From assembly GCA_963747235.1 (NCBI GenBank), contig CAVVEU010000011.1, forward strand, positions 1 to 64,000: 64,000 bases of DNA, given 5' to 3'. This document shows, one piece after another, positions 49,750-60,279 of this stretch. Within the stretch, counting starts at the first letter, position 1; every line of letters begins with the position of its first letter. A program made the translations under genes and the position numbers. The notes below the pieces were generated by a model. The model did not search any database. It had not been told where the DNA came from and was given only the letters and a program-made list of their open reading frames with translations. Origin of the DNA: an uncultured Candidatus Rokubacteria bacterium (GTDB taxonomy: Bacteria > Methylomirabilota > Methylomirabilia > Rokubacteriales > CSP1-6).

Positions 49750-50565
49750 ATGTTCCCCGTGACCCGACGACACGTCCTGGCCGGGAGCGCCGCCGCGCTC
49801 GTGGCCGCGCTCCACCGGGTGCCGCGGGGCGCCGCCCAGGCCGTCTCGGCCGGCCCGCCGGCCGCCCAGCTCATCGAGGATCTCGTCGCGGCCAACCGCA
49901 TCCTGGCGGACCAGGGGGTCCTCGACGGCTACGGGCACGTGAGCGCGCGGCACGATCGCGACCCCGCGCGCTTCCTCATGTCGCGCTCGCTCGCGCCCGA
50001 GCTGGTGACCGCCGCCGACATCATGGAGTACGACCAGGACAGCGAGCCGGTCGATCCCCGCGGGCGCCCGAGCTACCTGGAGCGCTTCATCCACGGCGAG
50101 ATCTACCGGGCGCGGCCCGACGTGCAGGCGATCGTGCACAGCCACTCGCCGTCGGTGATTCCATTCGGGGTCACCGGGGTGCCGCTGCGGCCCCTCTTCC
50201 ACATGAGCGCGTTCCTCGCCGACGGCGCCCCGGTCTGGGACATCCGCGCCGCCGCGGGGGGCGACACCGATATGCTGGTGCGCACGCGGGCCCTCGGGAC
50301 CGCGCTCGCGCGGACCCTCGGCTCCCACGCGGTGGTCCTGATGCGCGGCCACGGGGCGGTCACGGTGGCGGGCGGGCTGCCCCTCGTGGTGTTCCGGAGC
50401 GTCTACACCGAGGTCAACGCGCGCCTGCAGGCGCAGGCGATGGGACTGGGCGGCGGCGTCACGTACCTGAGTCCGGAGGAAGCGAAGCGTGCCGAGGCGT
50501 CCGTCGCGGGGACGGTCGCGCGCCCGTGGGAGCTATGGAAGCGCAAACTGAGGAGAGACCCATGA
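49750..50565 (+). CDS. class II aldolase/adducin family with Tat-like signal
   Basis: TRRHVL; GHVSAR, ERFIHGEIY, HSH, MRGHG. Confidence 0.88.
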   Translation: MFPVTRRHVLAGSAAALVAALHRVPRGAAQAVSAGPPAAQLIEDLVAANRILADQGVLDGYGHVSARHDRDPARFLMSRSLAPELVTAADIMEYDQDSEPVDPRGRPSYLERFIHGEIYRARPDVQAIVHSHSPSVIPFGVTGVPLRPLFHMSAFLADGAPVWDIRAAAGGDTDMLVRTRALGTALARTLGSHAVVLMRGHGAVTVAGGLPLVVFRSVYTEVNARLQAQAMGLGGGVTYLSPEEAKRAEASVAGTVARPWELWKRKLRRDP

Positions 50566-51624
50566 CCGCGATCACCGAGCTCGAGACGCCCGCCGTGACG
50601 ATCCACCTGGACGTGATGGCGGACAATATCCGCCGCGTGCAGGCGCACCTGACCCGCCACGGTCTCGGCAATCGCCCGCACATCAAGACGCACAAGATCC
50701 CGGCCATCGGCCAGATGCAGATGGCGGCGGGCGCGGTGGGCATCACCTGCCAGAAGCTGGGGGAGGTGGAGGTCTTCGCCGACGCCAAGGTGGCCGACGA
50801 CGTGCTGCTCACCTACAACATCCTCGGCGCGGCCAAGACCGAGCGGCTGATGGCGCTCGCGCGGCGGGTGCGGCGGCTCGCGGTGGTCTTCGACAACGAG
50901 GTGGTGGCCCGCGAGCTCTCCGCGGCGGCGGCCCGCGCACCACGTGGACCTCGAGTTCCTCGTCGAGTGCGACACCGGCTTCCGGCGCACCGGCGTGCAG
51001 ACGCCCGACGAGGCCTTCGCGCTGGCCCGCATCGCCCGGAAGCTCCCGGGCCTGCAGTTCAAGGGGCTGATGACCTTCCCCAATCGCGATCCCGACACCC
51101 GCGAGTTCTTCGAGCGGGCGCTCGCCCTGTTCAAGCGGGACGGCATCCCGGTGCCGGTGGTCTCGGGCGGCGGCACCCCCGCGCTCGCCACCGTGGACCG
51201 CTTCCCGATGCTGACCGAGCATCGCGCGGGCACCTGCGTCTACAACGACGCGATGGTGGTGTCGAGCGGCACCGCCACGTGGGAGCAGTGCGCGATGCGC
51301 GTGCGCGCCACCGTGGTGAGCCGCCCGACCGCCGACCGCGGTGTGCTCGACGCGGGGAGCAAGGTGCTCACCTCGGACCTCTACCACATGAAGGGCTACG
51401 GCCACGTCATGGAGTACCCGGAAGCGCACGTGGCCCATCTCTCCGAGGAGCACGCGGTGGTGGACTTCTCGCCCTGCGCGGAGCGGCCGAAGGTGGGCGA
51501 GGTGGTCAGCGTGGTGCCGAATCACTGCTGCGTGGTCACCAACATGGTGGACGAGGTCTATGGCGTGCGAGCCGGCCGGGTCGAGGTGGTGTGGCCGGTG
51601 GCCGCGCGCGGCCGGGTGCAGTGA
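50562..51624 (+). CDS. D-threonine aldolase/DSD1-family PLP enzyme (indel near 50935)
   Basis: RPHIKTHK, SGGGTP, EHRAG, LDAGSK, SEEH, PNHCC. Confidence 0.9.
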
Positions 51625-51631
51625 GGCCGGC

Positions 51632-53239
51632 GTGACGCGAACCGGCGCGCACCTGGTCGTCGAGGCGCTGGCCGCCGCCGGCGTCCGGCATCTCTTCTCG
51701 CTCTCGGGCAACCAGATCCTCTCCCTCTACGACGCCAGCCTCGGCAGCGGCCTCTCGATCCTGCACACGCGGCACGAGGCGGCGGCCGTGCACATGGCGG
51801 ACGCGTGGGGACGGCTCACCGAGGAGCCGGGCGTGGCGCTGGTCACCGCCGGCCCCGGCCACTGCAACGCGATCTCCGCGCTCTACGGCGCGCTGATGGC
51901 CGAATCGCCGGTGGTGCTGCTGAGCGGGCACGCATCCACCACGCAGCTCGGGCGCGGCGCCTTCCAGGAGATGGATCAGGCCGCGGTGGCCGCGCCGGTC
52001 TGCAAGGCCTCGTGGATGGCGAAGGACGCGGCGCGCCTGGGCGAGGACATCGCGACCGCGCTGGAGCTGGCGCGGAGCGGGCGCCCCGGGCCCGTGCACG
52101 TGAGCCTGCCCGGCGATCTGCTCGAGGCGAAGGTGGGCGCGGGGGATGGCGCGCGGGCCCCGCGGCGCGAGGCGCCGGTCGCGGCCACGGCCGCGGAGGT
52201 GGAGCAGGCGCTGGCGCTGCTCGCGGCGGCGCGGCGGCCCGTCATCATGATGGGCGGCGCGATGGCGCGCGGGCCGCGGCGGGACGCGGTCGCGCGGCTC
52301 GCCGAGGCGACCGGCGTGCCCGCGCTGCCCATGGAGAGCCCGCGCGGGTTCAACGACCCGTGGCTGCACCTGGCCGCGCCATTGCTCGCGCAGGCCGACC
52401 TGCTCGTGCTCCTGGGCAAGAAGCCGGACTTCGTGGTGCGCTTCGCGCAGCCACCCGCGGTGGCCGCGGGCTGCCGCGTGATCCAGGTGGACGCCGACGC
52501 GGCCTCGCTGCGCGCGGGCGCCGCGCTCGGCATCGTCGCCGACCCGGCGGTGGTGGCCGACCAGCTCGCGGCCGCCGCGCGCGGGCGGGCGTGGGGCCAT
52601 CGCGCGTGGGGCGACGAGGTCACGCGCGCGCGGGCGACGGCGCCGGCGCCGTGGGCCGAGGCGCGGCGGTCGGCGCGGACGCCGATCCACCCGCTCCGGG
52701 TCTGCGCGGCGCTCCAGCCGCATCTCGATCGCGGCGCCATCCTGGTCGCCGACGGCGGCGAGTTCGGCCAGTGGGTGCAGGCCGGGCTCGAGGCGGAGAC
52801 GCGCCTGATCAATGGGCCGGCGGGCTCCATCGGCAGCGCGATCCCGATGGCGATCGCGGCCCGGCTCCGTCATCCCGACCGCCCGGTGTTCGCGGTCCTG
52901 GGCGACGGGACGTTCGGCTTCCACGCCTTCGAGCTCGACACCGCGGCACGCTACCGGCTGCCGGTGGTCACGGTGATCGGCAACGACGCGCGCTGGAACG
53001 CGGAGCATCAGCTCCAGATCCAGCACTACGGCGCCGATCGCACCGTCGGCTGCGAGCTCGCGGCCTCGCGCTACGACCGGCTCGCGGCCGCGCTCGGCGC
53101 CCACGGCGAGCACGTGGAGCGCGCCGAGGATCTCGAGCCCGCCCTCGATCGCGCGCTCCGCGCCGGCATCCCCGCCGTCATCAACGTCGCGATCGAAGGC
53201 CTCGCCGCCCCGACGTACGCGGCGGGCCAATCGCACTAG
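51632..53239 (+). CDS. ThDP-binding enzyme (acetolactate synthase-like)
   Basis: [35 protein letters not shown]. Confidence 0.9.
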   Translation: MTRTGAHLVVEALAAAGVRHLFSLSGNQILSLYDASLGSGLSILHTRHEAAAVHMADAWGRLTEEPGVALVTAGPGHCNAISALYGALMAESPVVLLSGHASTTQLGRGAFQEMDQAAVAAPVCKASWMAKDAARLGEDIATALELARSGRPGPVHVSLPGDLLEAKVGAGDGARAPRREAPVAATAAEVEQALALLAAARRPVIMMGGAMARGPRRDAVARLAEATGVPALPMESPRGFNDPWLHLAAPLLAQADLLVLLGKKPDFVVRFAQPPAVAAGCRVIQVDADAASLRAGAALGIVADPAVVADQLAAAARGRAWGHRAWGDEVTRARATAPAPWAEARRSARTPIHPLRVCAALQPHLDRGAILVADGGEFGQWVQAGLEAETRLINGPAGSIGSAIPMAIAARLRHPDRPVFAVLGDGTFGFHAFELDTAARYRLPVVTVIGNDARWNAEHQLQIQHYGADRTVGCELAASRYDRLAAALGAHGEHVERAEDLEPALDRALRAGIPAVINVAIEGLAAPTYAAGQSH

Positions 53240-53895
53240 ATGGTGATGCGGCGGCGGGCAGTGGCGCGCTCCCACTTGCGGGCGTGGTCCTCGTCGAAGA
53301 GGAGCGCCTCGTCGGCGGGCACCGTGATCCAGGCGCCCCGCTCGATCTCGCCCTCGAGCTGGCCCGGCGCCCAGCCCGCGTAGCCCACCGCGAAGAGGGA
53401 CTTGCGCGGCCCCGCGCCGCGGGCGATGTCGCTCAGCGCGGTGAGCACCCCCGGCGTGGGCGTCATCGCGATGTCGTCCGCGATCCGCGAAGTGCCCTGC
53501 GTGGCGTACTCCGCGGTGTGCAGCAGAAAGCCCTGCCCGATCTCGACCGGCCCGCCGTAGTGCGCGCGCACGCTGCCGGTGACGCCGCGGTCGTCGAGGC
53601 CGAACTTCCGGAGCAGGGGCCCGAGGGGCATGTCGCGCACCGGGCGGTTGACGACGAGGCCCATCGCGCCGCTCGCGTCGTGCCGGACGATATAGATGAC
53701 GGTGCGCGCGAAGCGCGGATCGCGCAGCGTCTCGGTGGCGACCAGGAACTGCCCGGCGAGGCCCGGGCCGGTCTGCGCGAGCGCGCGCGGAGCAGGGGCC
53801 GCGGCCGGGCTCGACGGCGCGGCGGTCGCCCACGCGAGCCCGGCCAGCGCGCCGAGCACGACACCGGCGCGCCTCAGCAGACGAGCGGGAGGCAT
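53236..53895 (-). CDS. YqgE/AlgH family protein with signal peptide
   Basis: DPRFARTVIY, GAMGLVVNRP, GGPV, GYAGWAPGQLEGEI. Confidence 0.9.
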   Translation of the reverse strand: MPPARLLRRAGVVLGALAGLAWATAAPSSPAAAPAPRALAQTGPGLAGQFLVATETLRDPRFARTVIYIVRHDASGAMGLVVNRPVRDMPLGPLLRKFGLDDRGVTGSVRAHYGGPVEIGQGFLLHTAEYATQGTSRIADDIAMTPTPGVLTALSDIARGAGPRKSLFAVGYAGWAPGQLEGEIERGAWITVPADEALLFDEDHARKWERATARRRITI

Positions 53896-53910
53896 GGCAC
53901 AGTATAGCGA

Positions 53911-55161
53911 ATGGCCCCTCCCGCCGGGCTGCGCGCCCTCGGCCACCGGGACTTCCGCCTGTTCTGGTGCGGGCAGCTCGTCTCGCTCATCGGCACGTGG
54001 ATGCAGAGCGTCGGGCAATCCTGGCTCGTGCTCGAGCTGACGAACTCGCCGTTCCGCCTCGGCCTGATCGGCGCGCTCCAGTTCGGCCCCATCCTGCTCT
54101 TCTCGTTCCTCTCCGGGGCGATCAGCGATCGGGTGCGCAAGCGGCGGCTGCTCCTCGGCACGCAGACCGCGCTCATGCTGCAGGCCTTCACGCTGGCCGC
54201 CCTGGTCTGGAGCGGCCACGTGCAGTTCTGGCACGTGGCGGTGCTGGCCGCGCTGTACGGCCTCGCCACCACGCTCGACATGCCGTCGCGCCAGGCCTAC
54301 GTCGCCCACCTGGTGCCCCGCGGCGATCTGATGAACGCGATCGCGCTGAACTCGGCGGTGTTCAACGGCGCCCGCGTGGTCGGCCCCGCGGTGTCGGGCC
54401 TGCTGGTGGCGCGCTACGGCACCGCGGCCGCCTTCCTGATGAACGGGGCGAGCTTCATCGCGGTGATTGCGGCGCTCGCGGCCATCCGCACCGAGGGTGC
54501 GCCCAGCCCACGCCGCGGGATCGGCCTCCGGGCCGAGATCGCGGAAGGCGTGTGGTATGCGGCGGGTACGCCCCGCGTCGCGCTCGTGATGAGCCTGCTC
54601 GTGGCGGTGGGCCTCTTCGTGGTCAACATGAACGTCCTCGTGCCCCTGATCGCCCGCGACGTGCTGCACGAGGGCGCGCACGGCTTCGGCCTGTTGATGG
54701 CCTCGCTCGGCCTGGGCGCGGTGGCGGGCTCGCTCGCGGTGGCGGTCCTGTCCGTCAGGCGCCCGCCGCTCGGCATGGTGGTGGGCCCGGCGGTGGCCGC
54801 GGCGTCGCTGCTGCTCCTGCTCTCCGCCGCGCGCCAGTTCGGCGCGACCGCCGCGGTGCTGGCGCTGCTCGGCTTCGCACAGATCGTTTTCATGACGAGC
54901 TGCAATACCACCGTGCAGATCGCGGTGCCCGACGAGCTGCGGGGCCGTGTGATGGGCCTCTACGCCCTCGTCTTCGCGGGGATGACGCCGATCGGGGCGC
55001 TGATCATGGGCACGGTGGCCGAGCAATGGGGTGTCTCCCGCGCCTGCGCGGTGGGTGGTGGCGCGGGGCTCGTGCTGGTCCTGGCGCTCACTGGCGCGTG
55101 GCGCCGCTGGTATCCCGCGCCCGCCGCGCCGCCGCCGTCGTCAACTCCCGCGGCGCCCTGA
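53911..55161 (+). CDS. MFS transporter
   Basis: GQLVSLIGTWMQ, DMPSRQA, AIALNS..FNGAR, LRGRVMG. Confidence 0.92.
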   Translation: MAPPAGLRALGHRDFRLFWCGQLVSLIGTWMQSVGQSWLVLELTNSPFRLGLIGALQFGPILLFSFLSGAISDRVRKRRLLLGTQTALMLQAFTLAALVWSGHVQFWHVAVLAALYGLATTLDMPSRQAYVAHLVPRGDLMNAIALNSAVFNGARVVGPAVSGLLVARYGTAAAFLMNGASFIAVIAALAAIRTEGAPSPRRGIGLRAEIAEGVWYAAGTPRVALVMSLLVAVGLFVVNMNVLVPLIARDVLHEGAHGFGLLMASLGLGAVAGSLAVAVLSVRRPPLGMVVGPAVAAASLLLLLSAARQFGATAAVLALLGFAQIVFMTSCNTTVQIAVPDELRGRVMGLYALVFAGMTPIGALIMGTVAEQWGVSRACAVGGGAGLVLVLALTGAWRRWYPAPAAPPPSSTPAAP

Positions 55162-55196
55162 CCGGCCGGTCGTGCCATAATCCGGACTCGTTCTCC

Positions 55197-56297
55197 ATGG
55201 ACTCTTCGATGGACGCTCAACGCGGCGCGCGCCCGACCCCCGACGTCACCTCGACCGCCGACACCGTGCCGGTGCGCGAGACGCACCGCTTCGACGTGGT
55301 CGCGCTCGAGCGGTACATGATGGAGCACGTGCTGGGCTTCAAGGGCCCGGTCACGGTGAGCCAGTTCCAGGGCGGGCAGTCCAACCCGACCTACCGCCTG
55401 AGCTCGCCGGGCGGCGAGTACGTGCTACGCCGCAAGCCGCCCGGCAAGCTCCTGCCCTCCGCCCACGCGGTGGAGCGCGAGTACCGCATCATCACCGCGC
55501 TGGCGCGCACCCCGGTCCCGGTGCCGCGCACCTACGCCCTCTGCGAGGACGAGGCGGTGATCGGCACCGCGTTCTTCATCATGGAGTGGGTGTCGGGGCG
55601 GGTCATGGCCGACCCGCTGCTGCCCGGCCTGAGCCCGGGCGATCGCGGGCGCATCTACAACTCGATGAACGACGTGCTCGCGCGGCTGCATCTGGTGGAC
55701 CTCAAGGCCACCGGGCTCACCGACTACGGCCGTCCCGGCAGCTACTTCGCCCGCCAGATCCATCGCTGGACGACGCAGTATCGCGCCTCGGCGACGGAGC
55801 GCATCGAGGCCATGGAGAGCCTGATCGCCTGGCTGCCCGAGCACGTGCCCGCGGAGGAGCAGCCCACGATCGTCCACGGGGATTTCCGGCCCGGCAATCT
55901 GATCCTCCACCCGACGGAGCCCCGGGTGGTGGCGGTGCTCGACTGGGAGCTGTCCACGCTCGGCAGCCCGCTGGCGGACCTGGCATACAACTGCATGCCG
56001 TACCGGCTCGCCCCCAGCACCCTGGGCGGCGTGCTCGGCGCCAACCTGGCCGAGCTGGGCCTGCCGACCGAGGCGGACTACCTGGAGGCCTACTGCCGGC
56101 GCACCGGCCGCACGAGCATTCCCGACTGGGAGTTCTACCTGGCCTTCGCGATGTTCCGCCTGGCCGCCATCGCCCAGGGCATCATGGGCCGCGTGATCGC
56201 GGGCACCGCCAACGATCCCAACGCGCGCTCACGGGGGGAGCGGGCCAGGCCCCTGGCCGAGGCCGGCTGGGAGACGGTCAGTCAGGCTGCTGGCTGA
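55197..56297 (+). CDS. aminoglycoside-phosphotransferase-like kinase (ACAD10 N-terminal type)
   Basis: GGQSNPTY, LRRKPPG, HGDFRPGN, LDWELSTLG. Confidence 0.92.
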   Translation: MDSSMDAQRGARPTPDVTSTADTVPVRETHRFDVVALERYMMEHVLGFKGPVTVSQFQGGQSNPTYRLSSPGGEYVLRRKPPGKLLPSAHAVEREYRIITALARTPVPVPRTYALCEDEAVIGTAFFIMEWVSGRVMADPLLPGLSPGDRGRIYNSMNDVLARLHLVDLKATGLTDYGRPGSYFARQIHRWTTQYRASATERIEAMESLIAWLPEHVPAEEQPTIVHGDFRPGNLILHPTEPRVVAVLDWELSTLGSPLADLAYNCMPYRLAPSTLGGVLGANLAELGLPTEADYLEAYCRRTGRTSIPDWEFYLAFAMFRLAAIAQGIMGRVIAGTANDPNARSRGERARPLAEAGWETVSQAAG

Positions 56298-56961
56298 ACC
56301 CGACCCGCCCCACGATCGGCAGCTTCAGCGCCGGACGCTTGACGTCCACCCCGAAGGTCAGGCTCAGCAGATTCAGCTCGACCCCCTCTTCCACGCCCGC
56401 TAGCACCCCCAGCAGCCCGAAGAACGAGACCTGCACCCCGGTGCCGCTCGGGCTCATGGCCACCGGCCCGCCGCCCGGGATGAAGTCCTTGCCGATGGCG
56501 GTGGCGGGCAGGTCGAGCCGGAGCTCCGGCACGGCCCGCCCCAGATAGGCGATGAAGGTATTGCTGTTGGGCCCCGGCCACGTGCGGTAGCTGGTCGGGT
56601 AGGGATAGGCCTCGACCGCGGCCTGGATGCGCGTGATCAGGAGGTCCACGCCCTCGCCCCGCCGGTCCACCAGGCGCTCGGGCCGGCTCCCGAACCAGTA
56701 GTTGTCCGGCCCGCTCCGGTTCACCCGCACCGCCGGCGCCCCATTGCCGACGCCCCAGCCCATGACCTCGTAGCGGGTATAGGCGGGCGCACCGGTCGGC
56801 TTGACCGCGATCCAGCTATGGACGGCCATCACGCCCCGCCACCCCACCGTCCGGGCGGCGTAGACCTGGACGACGGCGTCCCGAGTGTCGGCGGGATCCG
56901 GAGCCTGCCCGGAGGAATCGCGTCGCAGCTCCCACCAGCTCTGGCCGGCCCGCTCGAACAC
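56278..56961 (-). CDS. DUF3750 protein (reading frame extends upstream with a hydrophobic signal; start uncertain)
   Basis: AVVQVYAAR..GWRG..VHSWI, RYEV, WPGPNSNTF, LPATAIGKD. Confidence 0.85.
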   Translation of the reverse strand: MFERAGQSWWELRRDSSGQAPDPADTRDAVVQVYAARTVGWRGVMAVHSWIAVKPTGAPAYTRYEVMGWGVGNGAPAVRVNRSGPDNYWFGSRPERLVDRRGEGVDLLITRIQAAVEAYPYPTSYRTWPGPNSNTFIAYLGRAVPELRLDLPATAIGKDFIPGGGPVAMSPSGTGVQVSFFGLLGVLAGVEEGVELNLLSLTFGVDVKRPALKLPIVGRVGFSQQPD

Positions 56962-57023
56962 CGCGCAACCCCCGGCCAGCAGCAGGACGAGGGCCCCGAG
57001 CGCGGCCCCCCAGGCCAGGCGGG

Positions 57024-57221
57024 CTACCGCGTGTAGCGGAAAGGAGCCCAGCCCATCCCCTCGACCGGCTTCGGGGTGTAGGGGGCGGGGCGGGGAGCCG
57101 CGGGGACGGCCTTCGCGACGGTGGTCTTCGCGGGTGCCTTCGCGGCCGGCTTCTTGGCCGGCTTGGTCTTGGTTCGGGCGGCCGACGTCTTGCTCTTCTT
57201 GGAACCGCTCTTGCTTTTCAT
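57024..57221 (-). CDS. small Lys/Ala-rich protein with aromatic C-terminal motif
   Basis: PAKKPAAKAPAK; YTPKPVEGMGWAPFRY; TAGATT 7 nt upstream of the ATG. Confidence 0.65.
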   Translation of the reverse strand: MKSKSGSKKSKTSAARTKTKPAKKPAAKAPAKTTVAKAVPAAPRPAPYTPKPVEGMGWAPFRYTR

Positions 57222-57231
57222 GCGGCTGAAT

Positions 57232-57495
57232 CTACATCAACACTCTCGTCGCGGTCAATCGGCCCGCTCCGCGGGCGCGCGCGTGCCGCGCGCCGCGCCG
57301 GCGCCACCACGCCATGAGCCCGGTGACGAGCAGCGCGCCCGGCGCGACGCCCGAAATCAGCGCCGCGAGCCGTCCGGGCATGCCGAGCGCCTCGCCGCGC
57401 CAGCGAGCGATCCGCACGGTGGAGTCGCCGAAGACGCGCTGCACGTCGCCCGCGCGTGGGACGGAGCGCAGGTGCTCCGGCGGGGTCAAGGCCAT
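57232..57495 (-). pseudogene. C-terminal fragment of a PepSY-associated TM protein
   Basis: GEALGMPGRLAALISGVAPGALLVTGLMAWWRRR. Confidence 0.55.
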
Positions 57496-57538
57496 CCGCG
57501 GCGGCGGGCGTACACTCGGTTGCTGAAAGGAGCACCTC

Positions 57539-57937
57539 ATGCGACTGACGAAGGCACAGGCGAAGTTGATCCAGTGGGAGCGCGTGGCGCGCGTCGCCAC
57601 GGTGGGCGCGGCGGGGGTGCCGCACCTCGTGCCGGTCTGCCAGATCCTCCTCGGCGGGAAGCTCTACTTCGCGTCGGGGAAGAAGGGACGCAAGGTGTTC
57701 AACCTCCGCGCCAATCCGAAGCTGGCCCTGACCGTGGATCTCTACTCGGACGACTGGGACCAGATCCAGGGGGTGATGGTGCAGGGCACCGCACGCGTGA
57801 TCGAGCGGGGTCCGCGCTTCCGGAGCCTGCGCCGGCGCCTCTATGCAAAGTATCCGCAGTACCCGCGCGAGGCCGCGCTCGGCGAGTCCGACTCGGTGAT
57901 CGTGGAGCTGACGCCGACGCACGTCTTCTCCTGGTAA
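57539..57937 (+). CDS. pyridoxamine 5'-phosphate oxidase-like (split barrel) protein
   Basis: RVATV..GVPHLVPV, KVFNLRANP, YSDDW, KYPQY. Confidence 0.88.
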   Translation: MRLTKAQAKLIQWERVARVATVGAAGVPHLVPVCQILLGGKLYFASGKKGRKVFNLRANPKLALTVDLYSDDWDQIQGVMVQGTARVIERGPRFRSLRRRLYAKYPQYPREAALGESDSVIVELTPTHVFSW

Positions 57938-58038
57938 TCCTTACACGCCGCCATGTAATTCCTCCCAGCCGCACCGTCGCGCGTGAGGGGCAAACGCCTC
58001 GCCAGCGCGCGATTGCCTCCGCCGCGGCGCCGTCGCGG

Positions 58039-58053
58039 TGGCATGTGGGTTGC
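58039..58053 (+). promoter_or_regulatory. sigma-54 (-24/-12) promoter
   Basis: TGGCATGTGGGTTGC = GG-N10-GC; palindrome TTACA-N8-TGTAA at 57941-57958. Confidence 0.6.
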
Positions 58054-58107
58054 CCTGAACTTTCCCGCGAGTCACGGCGTTACACCCACGAAGCAAGGAG
58101 GCGGGAG

Positions 58108-58437
58108 ATGAGGACGGCGGTGAACAAGCGGATCACGGGTTTCGTCATGGTGCTGGCGCTGACGACGGCGCCGGTGGCGATGGCCCAGGACACCAAGGCC
58201 AGGCAGGGCGCGCAGCAGGTGGAGAGCGGCGCCAGGCAGATCGGCCAGGGCGTCCAGGACACCGCCCGGGGCATCGGCAAGACCGTGGTCGGCGGCGCCG
58301 AGACGGCGGGGGAGAAGATCAAGGAAGCGGGACGAGCGGCGGAGCCCGAGGCCGTGTCGGCCTGGACCAAGACCAAGGAAGGGGCCGTATCGTTCGGCCA
58401 CGGCGTGAAGAATTTCTTCACGAACCTGTTCGACTAA
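58108..58437 (+). CDS. small secreted helical protein
   Basis: Signal peptide ending PVAMA; amphipathic G/A/Q/K repeats. Confidence 0.7.
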   Translation: MRTAVNKRITGFVMVLALTTAPVAMAQDTKARQGAQQVESGARQIGQGVQDTARGIGKTVVGGAETAGEKIKEAGRAAEPEAVSAWTKTKEGAVSFGHGVKNFFTNLFD

Positions 58438-58491
58438 CCAGCGGCAAACAGACCACAACCAAATCTCAACGTAGAGAGAGGAGTACTCGAT

Positions 58492-58785
58492 ATGAAGACG
58501 ATTCGTGTGATGTCCCTGGTGGCGGCAACGGTGTTCGCGCTCGGCCTGGCCGGCTCGGCGGTGGCTCAGACCCCGGCCACGCCCGCCCCGGCGCCGGCGA
58601 CTGCGCCCGCGCAGCCCACGCCTCCCGCGAAGGGCGGCGACATGCAGATGGAGAAGAAGGACAAGAAGGACGGCAAGGCGGCCGACAAGCAGCACGGCAA
58701 GAAGAAGCACGCGGCGGCCAAGAAGGCCGAGGGCGACGTGAAGGCGACGACTCCCGAGACGAAGGCGCCCGAAGTCAAGAAGTAG
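58492..58785 (+). CDS. small secreted disordered Lys-rich protein (Asr-like)
   Basis: Signal peptide; PAT-rich linker; KKDKKDGK..KQHGKKKH. Confidence 0.75.
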   Translation: MKTIRVMSLVAATVFALGLAGSAVAQTPATPAPAPATAPAQPTPPAKGGDMQMEKKDKKDGKAADKQHGKKKHAAAKKAEGDVKATTPETKAPEVKK

Positions 58786-58886
58786 GCCCGGAAGCAGAGT
58801 AAGCGGAGTGTCCAGCCGCGCGAGGGATCGCGCGTTCACATAGGCGCGGCGGCGCGGGGGGAGCACCCTCGCGCCGCCTGCTCCCC

Positions 58887-60260
58887 CTAGTCGCGCAGCT
58901 TCCCCTTCAGGATCTTCCCCGTCGCGCTCTTCGGCAGCTCGCTCCACGATCGTGATCCGCCGCGGATACTTGTAGGCGGCCAGCCGCGCCCGACAGAACG
59001 CGATCAGCTCGTCCGGATCGGCCGCGGCGCGCGACCGCAACGTCACGAACGCGGCCACCTCCTCGCCCAGCTCGGCGTGCGCGATGCCCGACCACCGCCG
59101 CCTCGGCCACCGCCGGGTGGCCGAGCAGCGTCGCCTCGACCTCGCCGGGCACCACCGAGTAGCCGCCGCGCAGGATCAGCTCGCGCTTGCGCCCCACGAT
59201 GCTCACGAAGCCCTCGGGCGAGATCGTGGCGAGATCGCCGGTCTTGAACCAGCCGTCCGTCGAGCACCGCGGCGGTCTCCTCGGGCGCGCGCAGGTAGCC
59301 GTCCATGGCCGCGGGCGAGCGGATCCACAGCTCGTCGGCCACCACGCGCAGCTCGACGCCGGGCACCGCGCGGCCGATCGAGTCCGGCAGATCGGTCGGC
59401 TCGTCGGCGAGGTAGGAGATCGGGCGGAAGAGCTCGGTCATCCCGTAGCCGCGCACGATGCGCACGCCGGTGCGCCGCCGCCACTCGCTGGCCAGCGCCC
59501 ACGGGCAGGGCGCCGCGCCGGACAGCGCCAGGCGCAGGCTCGAGCAGGTCCGCGCCCGCCAGCGCGGGCGACTCGAGCATGCGCGCGAACATCGTGGCCA
59601 CGCCGGGGAACACCGTGACCCGGTGCCGGGCGATCGCTCGAGCGTCTCCTCGGGCGAGAAGCGCTCCTGCAGCACCACGGTGACGCCGGCCAGCAGCGGG
59701 GCCAGCAGCGCGCCGTTGAGGCCGAACGAGTGGGCGAGCGGCAGCGCGGCCAGCACGCGATCGTCCGGGGCGAGCGCCATCACCGGGCCGGCCCAGGATT
59801 CGTTGGCGACGGCGAGCGCGGCGTGGGAGAGGACGGCGCCCTTGGGCTGCCCGGTGCTGCCCGAGGTGTAGAGGATGATGCCGGGCGCGGCGGCGTCCGC
59901 GATCGTCGCCGTCGCGGCGCTCTCCTCGTCGGGCGCGTCGTCGACGACCGCCTTCGGGCCCGAGGTGGCCGAGGATCCGCTCGCGCTCGTCGGCGGCCAG
60001 CAGCGGGTTGAGCGGCGCCACCGTCGCGCCGAGCTTGAGGCCGCCCCAGAGCGCGGCGACGAGGCCCCAGCTGTTGGGCAGGAGCAGCGCGACGAGTCGC
60101 CCGCGCGCACGCCCCGGCGCGCGAGCCGCCGCGCCACGCCGGCCGCGCGCGCCTCGAGCTCGCGCCAGGAGAGCGCGCCGCCGTCCCAGACGAGCGCGGG
60201 GTGCTCGGGCCGCCGGCGCGCGGCGGCGTCGAGCAGCGCGGCGAAGTTGGTCGTCTCCAC
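58887..60260 (-). CDS. AMP-dependent acyl-CoA synthetase (many indels)
   Basis: YTSGSTGQPKG, GYGMTE, TGD, GRKRELILRGG, LAAYKYPR. Confidence 0.88.
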
Positions 60261-60279
60261 GTGGGCGAGCCCGGGCGGC

